Assembly: GCA_965637545.1 (NCBI GenBank)
Contig: OZ281500.1
Coordinates: forward strand, 17,174,001 to 17,238,000
Length of the DNA: 64,000 bases
Direction of reading: 5' to 3'
From: Phallusia mammillata
Lineage: Eukaryota
Shown here: piece after piece, positions 39,601-52,800 of the stretch
How the letters are laid out: each line of letters begins with the position of its first letter
Numbering within the stretch: the first letter of the stretch is position 1
Notes under the pieces: model-generated
Seen by the model: only the letters and a program-made list of their open reading frames with translations
Database searches by the model: none
What the model was told of the DNA's origin: nothing
Position numbers and translations under genes: made by a program

Positions 39601-42600
39601 TTCCAAGTCCAAGCAAATCTTCAATGCTAAAACACGGTCAAACAAACCAACTAGACTGGTGCTTAAAACTATGTTGCTCTGAAATTATTTTATCCAAACG
39701 CCGTCAATGGACCTTCTCTGCCCGAGCCAGACTTGCATGCTGCACGCGCCCATGTCAGATCTATTTTGCCGATTTCAGGCACGTCGAGAATCTCTCGACA
39801 GCAGTCAACTAACAAAGCCACACCAGTGTTCACGCTCACAATGTTTTCGCGTCTAATTAGCGTGCCACAGGGGACGTCTGTCGCACCACTCGCCTCAAAA
39901 TATACAAGCGCGAACTAATTCTCTTCAGCCAGATATCGCGTATCGGGTAATTGTATCTCGAATTTTTTGGGCAAAGGCCCAGAGCGTCACTGCAAAAGTC
40001 ATTTCACCCCAAGAACATTCTTGGCAGACCCTTGCGCTTTTTTAGGCGACAGTGGTGAATATATAGCTGCCTGCGTGCGTTGTGCTTGCGCATTCGAGGT
40101 GGAATGCCTGGGGTATTTCTCCAGTCATGCGCCTCTCGCTGTAAGAGGCAAATATTTCATTTCCAGGCTTAGATGTCTGCCCGTGTTTACCGACGACGCG
40201 CGCTCCATGTGTATTTATGGAGTAACACAATTTGGTCGGATGTAAACGCTTTGTTCTGCGTGGTCCCCGCTCGCTTATTGGAACTCCACCCCGCGACAAG
40301 TGGGTGTCTGTCAACTTTTCAACTCGAGTTGTAAGAACCGATCTTGCGTGCGTACAGACATGGCGCCCCGTTTAAAACTGGTTGACTCCAAACGTGTTTC
40401 TCCGCATCATAAATGTTTCAAAAAATTCGAATTTGTAATTACAAAAGTTATTTTACAAAACGTATTTGTTTCAGAGATTTAAATGCAGTAAACCTTTGGA
40501 TAATAAAAAAATAATACGAGAAAGTTCACACGAATATAAATTCCGCAAATTCGGCTTGATCACTTCTTTATTCAAATGGAATCTCAAAATCCATCTACTA
40601 CACTATTATTTCCTTGTTTGATGCGGATGTGGGACTGAAAAAACGTTTGAGCGGAACGTTTAACGCGTTCCGATGATTCCTTTTCCATTTAACATTCCAG
40701 TGAAAGGTTACATGACCCTCATTCGGCGCCCGGTCGAGTGCCTTCCGAATTGTCGGGTCAAGGCGGTATCACAGCGGCCTGAGCAGACGCAGCCGACTGT
40801 CTGCGGGCAGTTAAATCAGCAAACGAACTTCAACCGGCACTGGTTTATGTTTCCGGAAGGATTTATGGCAAAGTGGCGACGTTTTCGCCCCGCGAGGCAT
40901 TGTCTCTTGCAAAAGGGGGGTTGACGGACTAAGGGAGGTTCCGGGGCGATCACCAAAAGCCGACACGCAACAAAGGACGACCGTAACGCAGAACATGCTA
41001 CATGACCCCGCAGTGACCTGATTAGCTCCGACTGATGGCTGGTAGACTTTGTTTGTGTATGTTATTGAAACACTAACGCCGCTTTGGATTAACAGCGCAG
41101 CTGTGTGCCTCACATAACAATTACTCTCTTTCGATTGATGCCAGCTTTTCCGAAGTTGTTTTGATACCAACAAAGTGACGATGAGTATAAGCGTCACCTC
41201 GGAGACCAAACTTTTTCAGGAGTGCACCACTCCTATAAAGATGCGTATTTTGAAACATTATCTAGTCCCGTGCCACATGATCAAGATGATGCTTGTATTT
41301 CGAGTGCTTCTTTTACCAAATTGCCCCAATTATTCCAGACGTAATGTTTAAATACGGAGCCAAAGGTAATTCCATATCATTTGCAATGCCTGTAATTTAT
41401 TGGTTATACATAATGTATGTCTTAATTTTGCCTGCGCAGAGTTGTAAGTGGGCTTGCAATCGATGCCCGAATAAAGGACTAAATATGCCGGGGTCCTCGT
41501 ACTCGAGTTGTACACCTGTTAACTAACCCAACTTCGCACAATCCTTTTATTTCATTTGTATTATAACACGACATTAAAAACAGAATCAACTTGACCTTAA
41601 ATCTACAGCTTAAGTTTTCTTTCCTCTAAAAGAAATTTTGCCACAGGTAGCAGCTTCACATACATTTCTGCACGACTCTTTCGAGCGGCAAAGAGGCTTA
41701 AAAGCTTAAAACCCCGGTCTATAGATTACTATCGCAGGCTCGCACACATCCAAGAACCTGACGACGTTAATCCACTAACTATTCAATTAAAGCTGTGTCT
41801 GTAGCACTGCCTTCGCAAGCAAACTACTGTCGAGATATCAAATCTACTTTATCTTGCTGTTGTTAACCCCTAAGCCTGTCATTGCATTGCTTGTTTGAGC
41901 AACGGGAGAACACTTGACGGTCGGAAACCGTTTTGCCCTGGGTTTGGGAGCGACATGAGCTTGTAATGCAGTTTTTGACCACAAACGAAAGCGAAGTTCT
42001 GGCGGTTACGATGGCAAGGTTCTTTTAAATGAACGTTTGTTTCAACTAGGGCTCATCTTGAAATATGTTGCCTCTTAGAAAAAACAGCGTTTGTTACAAA
42101 ACTAATTCGTTAGCCCCTAAAATAAAGATGAGAAGCCTATTTATTATACTGCATGAAAAAATTTAATTCAAATTAGGCAAAAAAATTGAAGTAAGCTTAG
42201 CGTCATAATACCATTGAATATAAATCACCAATAAAGGCAAGTGTATAGTGTTCCTATGGGAAATATCATCTGGACAAAACACCTCCGCATACACATACAA
42301 TGTTTTTGTCTTTTGATGCTGCGCAACCCACTGCAACCAAAATTCTAAAGCGGCCCACATGGGGCTAAATATACAAGCGGCTCACAGGTTCCCTATACCC
42401 TGCCTTGGAATAAAGATCTACAATTTTCACTCCTTGATCTATTACAAAAATATGCAAGTTCATCAACACCTGACCAACCCAATGACGCATGACAAATAGA
42501 CTTCGAGAAAAGGCATAGCATACAAATATACATGTGCAATCGAAAACAAAACAGATGTATGCGCAAATTCATGAAACTCGACGTCAACAACATGAACCTT

Positions 42601-43405
42601 ACTACAACTGAAACCATGTAATACTACGAAAACGCTTTCTTCGAAGTAGTAAAAAGGACGACGCAAGAAATACTTCTAACGTGAATGCTAAAACCTTGTA
42701 TGGTAAAAATGTCGACCGACCTTTCCGAAGCCAACAAAGAGTTTTGGGTCACACCAAATTCTAAATGGTATTTGAAATATGTGCTACTTTTCAAATACTA
42801 AAAATATGAACCCTATCGTGTTTTCCACAAAACACACACACCATGTTTTATATCAAAACCTTTGCAAAAGAGCTGTTTCTAACAACAAACTATCCATCTA
42901 TTTCGGCCTCAACAAACACGAACCCTGAAATGCTAAACGATCTTTCATACCGACATTTAAATTCTATGGGATCTACCTTCCTCTCTCATAAATCAATGTC
43001 AGCTGTTCGTAAAGCGATCCGTCTCAACCTGGTTGTGAACGCCATGTTATTGCTCAGCGCGTGTGTTCACAGCGGCATTATCGCTAGGACGCAGGTATCT
43101 TTTTTCTGTTGCTTTACAACCAAATACGCCCTTCTCGTACCTGTTTTGGCAACAAATTGCGCTGCGGCAAGTACGTGTCCTCGAATAAGGGAAATACCGT
43201 TTTTGCTGTGTGCTTGTTTATATTTCATTTAAGAGAAAGGGCATTAATTGCAATACACAAGTCAAAAATTCATAACAGGCGTTAACTAAATTTTTAAAAT
43301 TACTTTCAATTTAAAAATAAATAATTATGTTGTTCAACGCCATAAATAATCAAGAAATTATTTTATAACTTTATACTCCCCAACGTGAAAAAAATATTCA
43401 GCATA

Positions 43406-43441
43406 CTACCACCTGGCGGCCACCCAAATTGTCATGGTAAC
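43406..43441. promoter_or_regulatory. CTCF-like motif abutting an RFX X-box upstream of TTC29
   Basis: The minus strand of 43406-43422 reads TGGCCGCCAGGTGGTAG. 43428-43441 is ATTGTCATGGTAAC (X-box consensus GTNNCC-AT-RGYAAC). It lies about 370 bp before the TTC29 ATG, with forkhead-type TAAACA near 43667. Motif match only. Confidence 0.5.
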
Positions 43442-43805
43442 AAACTAATTCCAATGAGCACGCTGCAAATTGTTCAGTGTTTATTTTGAACAGAAAACCG
43501 CTTATAAAAGCAATTTTCGAACTTGTTTTGGGTAAATAGTTGCTGTTGTTTGTAACAAGTGGCAACGTATTTATATTGAAGTTAAATTATACTGAAAAAT
43601 ATTATATTAAAAGCTCCAGGTTAGACTCTTGCCTCAGAGAAAGCGAATAGTTGTGCTGGAAACAAATAAACATTGTTTAAATTAAGACTATTTGTTTTTG
43701 CAACTTTGCTCTGCAGATGCTTTAAAGTCCTTAATGTGCACTATTTACCATTTTATGTAAAATAAATTGTTTAAAACTAATCTGGAAAACATTCTGCTCA
43801 AAAAT

Positions 43806-46800
43806 ATGACGACCTTACCAGCTATCAAGAGAAAAGGAACGGCAGGATCAAATAAAGACAGAAGTAAGTTTGAATATAGTACCTATTCTGAATGCTGTGT
43901 GTTATTTTTTTACCTATTCTGAATGCTGTGTGGCTAAATGGTGTGGCCACAGTTAAGGCGTACAGAGTGAAACTATGCATTTGTGAGATTTTGCTTATGG
44001 GCTACTGTATAATGCTTGACATCAGTCTTTAACTAGGTTACTGTGATTGTCTGTTAGGGGGCTGTGTCAAACAAATGTCAATAAAAAGGGATACTTTTTA
44101 AATTATGTGCTTGCGAGTTTAGAAAATAAGCATTTACTTTGAATGGTATCATTAATGGTTGCACATTTTCTCTAAAAGTTTCTAAATTGTTTTTGCAGCG
44201 TCTTCACTAAGTACTAAGAATATGAGGTTCATGACATGGAAGGATCGGGAATTATTAAAACAACAGAATATTCGAGATGAAAAGCCGACCATGACTAAAG
44301 TTGAAACAGCAACGTAATGATAAGTTCTTATGAATCTGATCATGTTTACTAAGTGTTCCTATAATGAATTAACAATATATGAATAGCAAACACTGTATTC
44401 TATTTTAGACAAAACCGCTTTTGTTATAAATAATACAAGATTGTTCTATCAGGTATCGAAACTCATACAAACACAACCTGTGCATAGCGATGCTGAAAGA
44501 TGGTTTTCATAAATCATTTGATGAACTGTTTAGTCTCATTGAAATGCGGAAAGCTGAGCGAGAGGAAAGTGGACCAGACTCTGTACTCTGGCAGGTATAA
44601 ACTGGCATGCTACTACAGACAACTGGTTAATTGAATCCTCATTCCACCAAGTACATTATGCAATTGCCAACAATTAGCTGTAGATAAGTTGTATGTTTTA
44701 TATGCAAGGAGGGAATAGCTGTGGCTTTCTGAAAATATGAAGCAATATGGTTAATCGCATGCTGGCGAATATGCAATTATCTGTTTCATTAAACATGGGT
44801 TGGGAATCTAAAGCCTGTTACTTGTGAGCAAAAAAATCTAGTTATTTTTCTTGGTTAATTGCATGAAATAGATTGGCAATATGAATACTGCCTTTGATAA
44901 ACTAGAACCTGCAATAAATATAACACACCATGCAAACTTAAACCTGCAGTACAAAATGCCTTTGTTCAAAATTGCCAATTTTTGTGATGAACAGGAAAGG
45001 TCTCTCGAAGAACAAGAAGAAAAACTAGACCAAATCTGGTTGTACCTAACCAAAGCTGAATCTTCACTTCGTGCAGGTGAACTTGCTATGATATTGATGT
45101 GATAAAAATTCTCTCTTATATACATGTATGTGTATACCATTCAAGACAGGTATGCATCACATCCACTTAGACTGGGTCTCTTGGCTCAAAATTGCCACAA
45201 AAATTTACATCTTTTCATTTATTTACAAATTTCAGTGACAAAGTAAGATACAGTGTCTAGACTGCTGACCAAAGCTGATAAATTTGATGAGTCGCTATGC
45301 ATACAGGATTTTATCACAAGGCGATGAGTCACCCTTTCCCCTAGGAAAGCCGTAATGAGTAATTTTTTATAGGTAAATGGGAAGAGGTGTACATGTGCAG
45401 GCATAAACTGGCCGAGTACTTTCTGGAATCGGAAGACAGATGGCTTTCGGACCATTTCTACAAAACTGCCCTTGAATCAAGCCTCAATATTAGACTGGAT
45501 GGACACAGAAGAGAAGCTGAGGCACGATGTAATATGGGATTGTCGCATGAAAGAAATGGTTAGTCTTAATTAAATGCAGTGGTTTAACCTTTACAATCCA
45601 CATTTTTGTATAAATGGTAACAAAGTTTATGTAAATGCCAGAGTTTAAGAAGCATAAAGTCATTGGTTTACAACAGTTTGACATGTGGATATGCAGAATG
45701 TTATGTTGTTTATGACACTTTATCCTGCATACAGACAATTTGCCAAGGCTAAGTATTGTTTAATTTAACTTGAAAATCTAATGTGATTTTGTACCTGTTT
45801 GTAAAGGAAAAAAGGTATCTTGTGACCTTTACAAATTGCGACAACAAACCGCCCTGTGTCTCAAATTTGACCTCTAAAATGGACCCGATGAAATTCTTGT
45901 GTGCGCATTTGTGCAGTCATGCAAAGAAACACACCGCTGCAATTTAACAAGCCTTGTAATGGTTTTGACTCCATGGCTAGACACTTATTTTGCTACATTG
46001 TCCTTTTGGTCTGCAAATTTTATAGATCCCAAATTGTGTATAAAATCTACAATACATCGTTACAACTTTAGATACACATGTGGGTTTAAAAAGGAACATA
46101 TGGCCCTTTTTGGTGTTGAAATTCCGGTTGTTTAATGAGCCGCTCGCATGATTTAAGCCCTGGCGATTCATTGAGGCGGCGGGCCGCGAGATTGCTCTTT
46201 GAAGTCGGGCAATAGGCTGTGTTTTGGTTTTCCGCGTGGTGCCGACCCACCTTGTGTTGCTAGGGATTAACCGGTCTATCTCGAGTTTAAATATTGACTC
46301 GCTTACCTTTTCCTGTGCCCAAACGGTGTAGCCGATTAGGGGTCCTACTACTCTCTACACAACGCTTTTAGTGGGGTTTCGCCGGTGAAAAAATGCCCTT
46401 TGTTTGCCGGCGTGGCTTGGCAAACCCCCATGTGATTGTTTACTAGGAATTTGCTGAAATCACTTTCGGAAGCAAACTGGTTTCCGACTGATCTATTGTT
46501 GTTGCTAGGTAACCCTTTGCGGACGGTGTTAGAGCGTTTTTTCCACTGATTTATTTTTGTATAATGTAGTTTTAATTGACGCCGGTAAAACAAAAGCGTG
46601 TAATGTTGTGTTTCTTTATGATTCATGCTCTTTTTCAGAAAATGTTTTTCGATAATATAATAAACATATATTTGATCGATAACATAATAACAATAATATG
46701 TGACAAGTCACGGCTTTTGTACAATTTTTAGCATTTTACAGCGAAATTATTACATCGAAATTTGCATTTTACAAATCCCTGCAAATCCTGTGACTGACAA

Positions 46801-49800
46801 TAGATAATATTTCTACCTTTAAATCGAATAACATTACAAATTTTACTTGCACGCGACCAATGTGACATATAAATCCAGCAATGGCTGACAGGAGATGATA
46901 TTTTTAGCTTTAAATCGTACACTATTTCTGATTTTTCATGCACACGAGTAGTATATAAATACTCACCGACGAGACGACAAAATTTTATCAATATATGTGA
47001 TATCAGATTTGAGTCAGCGACTTTAGCTGTCTCCGGCTCAAAACAGACAAGCTATATATTATATGCATCACACCTTCCTTTTGCTGACTGTAAATAAATA
47101 CAACGCGCTTGTAGTTGTCGCAACAAATCAGATGGTGGAGCAAAAGTTTAGGACAAGGTCGCATTAAATGAGTCAATCATGACATGCCTTCCGGGAAAAA
47201 GAAGTCTGCAAGTTATTTAGTATGTTGGAAAAACTAATAGTGTTGTTTCTCAATTCCCAATAACCGGTTCAAGGTTCGGGTAGAATCATCCAAATGCGAC
47301 TAAATCTGAAACGATCGGTGTGGTTGTTGTTTAGGAGAGAAATGTGTTTAGTAATCCGAAAACTCGTTATTGACGCCCCAAAGGGCTTTGCATAAACATA
47401 ACCTACACATCCAACATTTTTGCTTACGAGACTGGTATTTTGTTAAGGCATTATTTTTGATAAAAATAGCTATCTTCTCGTGCGGTAATTCGGCAATAAT
47501 CAAAGTTGTTTTGCATCAAAAACTTCGGTCAAAATTTGTGGTCAATATATGGTTTATATAGGTCGATACTTTGGTTACATCAGGTTTTGATTTTTCCGCT
47601 TCGGAGCAAGCTTGCTATCAAAAGCAAAAAAAATATTGAAATAGTGCTCAAAATCGCACCACAAAAGTGCTTTTTATGGCGGAGTACAACATGTAAACAA
47701 TGAACTTTTCATCATTACCCAAACAACGGCCAAATGAATATGACCATCAGGCTTTCAAACGCAAACACAAATTTGGACACTTCACAAACTAAGCACAAAC
47801 ACCAAATACCCATAACAAAACACAAACAACAATGTTTCCGACTTCATAACAAATCCTTGTAAACCCAAACGCCCCATGACTACAATGTCGACAATTCCTA
47901 TTATGGAAGGTGTGGTTCGCTGTTTGTATCGGTTTCAAAACAAGCGACTGATGTTAACCCATCTTTATCCGGGTCAAGCCTCTATCTGGATACCTGGGGC
48001 ACTTAACTTACCCCGGGGTTTGCGCAAATTCCCCACCCTTACCCCTTTTGTACATACAAGTGTTGCAACTATCGTCTTTTATGTTCAGGCGACTTGAAAG
48101 CGGCCGCCGATGAGATGGAAAAGGCGCATCACTTGAGTTTAGGTCGGATGTGGATGGCTGGCGCGGCCTCGACGCTCCATAAAGTCGTGTGTCGGCATTT
48201 ATCCAGGTGGGTTACGCCTCTGTGCTTGTGGGAGTTTACCGAATGCGAGAATCCTATTTGATTCAGGTTTCCCGTAGTAGGGTTTAATGTGTGGAATATG
48301 CCATCATTTTTGAACCAAGCTTAATATGCTTCTAAAGTGAATAGAAATGAAAACGAAAGTTTGCACGCAAAAGGTTAATTTTTGAGCGAGAGACATTTGA
48401 CTCTTTGGCTTATTTGGGTAAAATCAACATCACTTTTTCATCAGAAGATAAATGCAACTATGCATTGTCGCGAATTCGGTCGGTAAAATGTCATTAAACG
48501 TGCCGTATGTTGTTTGCGAAAAGCAATGCCTTTGCTTAACGTTTCAAATCTTCAATAAAAATATCAGCGAACTCTAGGAATGATTAACGAGACTGGCAAA
48601 TCTTGAAAGGCCAATGAGTTAACGTCGTGGTTTAGTGACCCCTGTTTCAAATCAGGTGAATCCAACAAAAACACAGATTTGCCTTTGAACTTAATTGCGC
48701 GCAATTCCTGAACTTTCGTGCGTTTCAACACAAAATATCGAATCCCACGCGCAACGAAACAACACAAACAAAAACGTTTTCCCAACAAAATCTCGTCGTG
48801 CCTTCCGCCAAACGACCACATTCGAAATTTCAAATGTTGCTAACTGAGGAGAAAAGCCTTTCCGACCTTCGTGACCCACCAAACCCATACAGCTGGGACA
48901 CGTCATCTTCCGGTTGCTTTGTGTTGCGTTAGGTGGGACCACATGTGTGGTGTAGATAAAGTATGGGCGTGCTGGGCACTTTACATGTGTGTGAAAGGGG
49001 ACAACCCTAATTTCAAAGGCGTGTTTGCTCAATGACGAATATGGGGATGGTCTTACGCTGCTCGAAATGGCAAAAACGTTTTACTTTGTCTAAATGTTTT
49101 TGTTTGTTTAGTTTTGTTTCAGTGCAGTTGCGGCCTTAATCACGGTGACATAGTAATTCTATTTTTAACGAGCCATACTATCCGACATTTCTGCGCAACC
49201 CGTGATGGTGAAATAACCTTAGTTACCACATGGCGCCCGTATACCACATGACCCGGACGAATGGGCGTTATTTGCCAGTAACATAACTACATGGCCCCCC
49301 TACATGCATCAGATTTATTTTATTTGTGATATGCTGCGTGTAATTTGTGTAATTTAAAACTTAACTGCGATTTTGTACAATATTTGTTAATCACTCTGTG
49401 AAACATCGCTTAACAAGGTTACTGACTGTCGGTTCTGGGCGATTTTTTCGGGGAGAACAATTTTGTGACCTTATGACAGTTCATCCCAAATGCTTTTTCA
49501 GTGTATCCAACATGTGCAATTTTATTGGCGGATTTTCCCTTGTCTAACAGTCAAAGGCCTTCGGTAACAGCCCACTTATCTTTACATTTGTGCCCTGGAA
49601 CTTTTGTTAGGGCGCAGGATAATATCGAACTACAAACCCTTGGACACTAAAAACACTATATTTTAAGCCATTCGGCATGGCAGCTTATTTCAACATATTA
49701 TTTTGTGGCAGAATGTACACGACCTTGGCCGAGCGCTCATCCACAGTTATCGACGCGCAGAAGCTGTTGCACCGCTCATACGATATGTCAAAAGAGGGGG

Positions 49801-52800
49801 AAGACCCGCTACAAGAGGCAACGGCTGCTTTGAGACTAGGACGAAACTACGAGCTTGCCAAAGACTCGGAAACTGCCATCGAGGTAAACATACAATTTTG
49901 CAAATCAATAGATATTTTTTTATGTTTGGAGGTTTCAGTTTAGACTTAGGGGAATTTGAGTACAGAAAGAGAGATATTCTTTCCATTTCTAAATTTTTGC
50001 GCAGGAAAATGAGGATAAGCGGCGTTCAAACCAAAAAAATGAAAATAGTCCTTCACTACCAAACCGCTTTTTCTATATCTATGTTTTATTAATAGTAAAC
50101 GAACAAAATTAATGATTTTTATTACCAGCAAATGCCTTGTTGGTTGTATTTATAAGTCGAAATAGTAGTACTAATGAAAAATAAGTACGGAAAAGATTGT
50201 TTATTATTTTTTAGGCAAAATTTGCCCTTTGTAGCACACATATTAACCCATATTACGTGGTCACAAATAACTTTTCCCCATGCATTCCAAAAATGCCATT
50301 CAATCATCACAATAGCCAATACTCTTCTCATACAGCGTGTGAACTTGGCTTGCTTCTACTAAACGCCTGTCTATATTTGGCACTGAATTTACGCAAAGGT
50401 CTGACCGCCATACTTAGGGGATGACTGGCGCGTACTAAAGCACTATGTGATGTGGCTTGTACATGATATCTCATGGATAGCAAAGTTACGTTTCTCTTTC
50501 ATGATCGTCACTGATAAACTGTTGCCGCATAAGAAGTGGTGCAAAGATAAACGTCGTTTTTTAGTCAGTTGTGGCTTGCTGACTCACTTTTGATTCGGTT
50601 TTTGGGGCAAGATACTTTGTAACCGTTTGAAGTACATCCGTAAGATAAAGAACCGAGATTTTTAATATAGATTGAAATTGTTGCATGATGCGCCAAAAAA
50701 TGTTTGTAACAAATTTTAAATGATTGCCTCGTAGAAAAAAATACTTTTAAAAGAACGAGTATATGTTTCAAAAGCGAAATTTTGCCTTTAAAATACTTTA
50801 GCACAGTGGCTCCTAACCTTTGTCCACGAATTCAAAAACCCTTAATCAAGATTAAAAAAACACTTTTTCATTTCTCCCCAATAAACTACATAGTAGATGC
50901 CAAACTGTTCAAATATCATTTATTGGGTCTTTTATCAACCTCATTGGGTATATTTTCAGAGATGAAGTGTCCATTTACAAACCACATGTACGAATTTAAG
51001 TAAATTCCTCCCTAGTTGGGAACCACTGCATTAGCATGACAAAATAATTTACATGTAAGATTTTATTTGACAGATTGGATTAGAGTAAAATGGTTTTACA
51101 TGCATGAAAATTACCCAGCAATGCACCCACGCTGTAAAAACCGCCTATCAACCCATTTGGCTCCGTACCAATCTGTGTGCAAACGGAGCAATTACACTAA
51201 ATTATCCTTACGTCAAAGCCTACCAATTACCCCACTTTTTCCCGACTATGCGGATACTTTAGGCTTGCCTATGTACGCAGCGATTAGTTAATAAAGCCCT
51301 CGTCAGAAACTCTTCACTTAATATAGGTCTTCACTTACCTCGCTTGACCGCTGCCCAACTTGACAAGGCAAAGTCCCATCCAAACGAAACGCTTACTCAA
51401 CGTCGCCTAGTTGATGAAGCGTTTTTTTTTTTAATCGACTTGTACTCCCGGGTTGGTTTGTAGTAAATGACGACTTATAGCTTAGTCAGAGTTGCTTTTA
51501 AGATTATGGACAGAAAAGAATATGCCCTGAAAAGTTACGTGTTTAGCGCAACCACATGAGCATCTTAAATGCAACATATTTTGTGAATGAACAGGAAAAT
51601 CTGAGGGACATTGATAACACATTATGTCTATAAACGTATTTTTATGGGTAAACATTGCAAGAAATTTGATCCTGTTCATTTATCGTGCATTTCTGCAGCA
51701 TTGTATCACGGGCATTTACAAAGCACATGATTGCAGAGAGTGGGTTAGGGTTCATTGCAAGGTACAAATAATGCGGTCAAAATGCAGTTTCCATGCAACA
51801 AAATGATCGTGAGGTATATACAATGATCTTGCAAATATAGTTTCATAAAATCTTATATCTGAACCGAAATTTACCTAACTACACAAAAAAAACACGATGC
51901 GCTTGTCAAAAACGAATGGACAATCATCTTAATTTAATCTCAATTTTGTACAGCATTTAGGCCGATGCCTGGAGGGAGCCCAGGACCTTGGAGACAGCGA
52001 GCTTATTGGTGAAGTGTGTGAGGCACTGGCCAAGTCCCACCAGACTCAGGGTAATGTGGGACGATCTATCGAGTGCCTGGAACTCTTCGCCGAAACATCA
52101 CGCACCAATAACCACAAACGAAAACTCGTTGATGCGTGCAATTGCCTCGGAGTTGTTTATAACACGCTGGTACGTATTAGCTTTATATATGTCCTCATAT
52201 TTTTGGGCATACTTAATAATTTGTTCATTAGGATGTGATTTTGAGTAGGGGATGTTGTACAAACGAATGTTTGTTTTAGAAATATTATTGACAAGAACTT
52301 GGAAAGTAGCTTGATCAAAAGCAAAACTGCAGTAAGCTTTTGCAGATAGTGAATGCATTATATTGTAAACGTTCAAAAATCGCCATTGTTATGACCAGTC
52401 TAAAGCGATTTTGGCATGTACAGTGTATCATATTGCTCAAAAATCTATAAAGAGGTTGTATGTTTGATCGAGTGTTCGTGTTTACGACAAATGTGAGATT
52501 CAAAATTGACATGTTGCACGAAATTTAGCACAAAGATTAGATAATGTTTTATAAGAACCTCGGTTCTATTATTTAAAATTGCATTTAAAAGCATCTGAAA
52601 AATTTTCACGTTCTTAGATAACCTTGATGTTATTATACACCGGTGTTGTTTTCGCCGAATTCGGTTTCTAAACTTTCAACCCAACAACAAGTTTGTCAGC
52701 AATTAGTAACGTTTGCATTGACAAAAACAGGTGGGTTCCCACAAAACCGAGTGAGTCATTACTCGTCCGGGGTTTTACCCGAAAAAAAGAATTTTATTCA

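Noticed and set aside
40811-41020. Signal-peptide-like MFCVTVVLCCVSAFG small ORF as a neuropeptide precursor
   Set aside because: No dibasic or amidation pattern and no repeated peptide. Likely chance.
43880-43932. 22-bp direct repeat in TTC29 intron 1, and a similar 21-bp pair at about 58743-58811
   Set aside because: Ordinary local slippage duplications with no further structure.
50376-50397. TTTGGCACT miR-96/182-like seed start
   Set aside because: No complementary arm forming a precursor hairpin.
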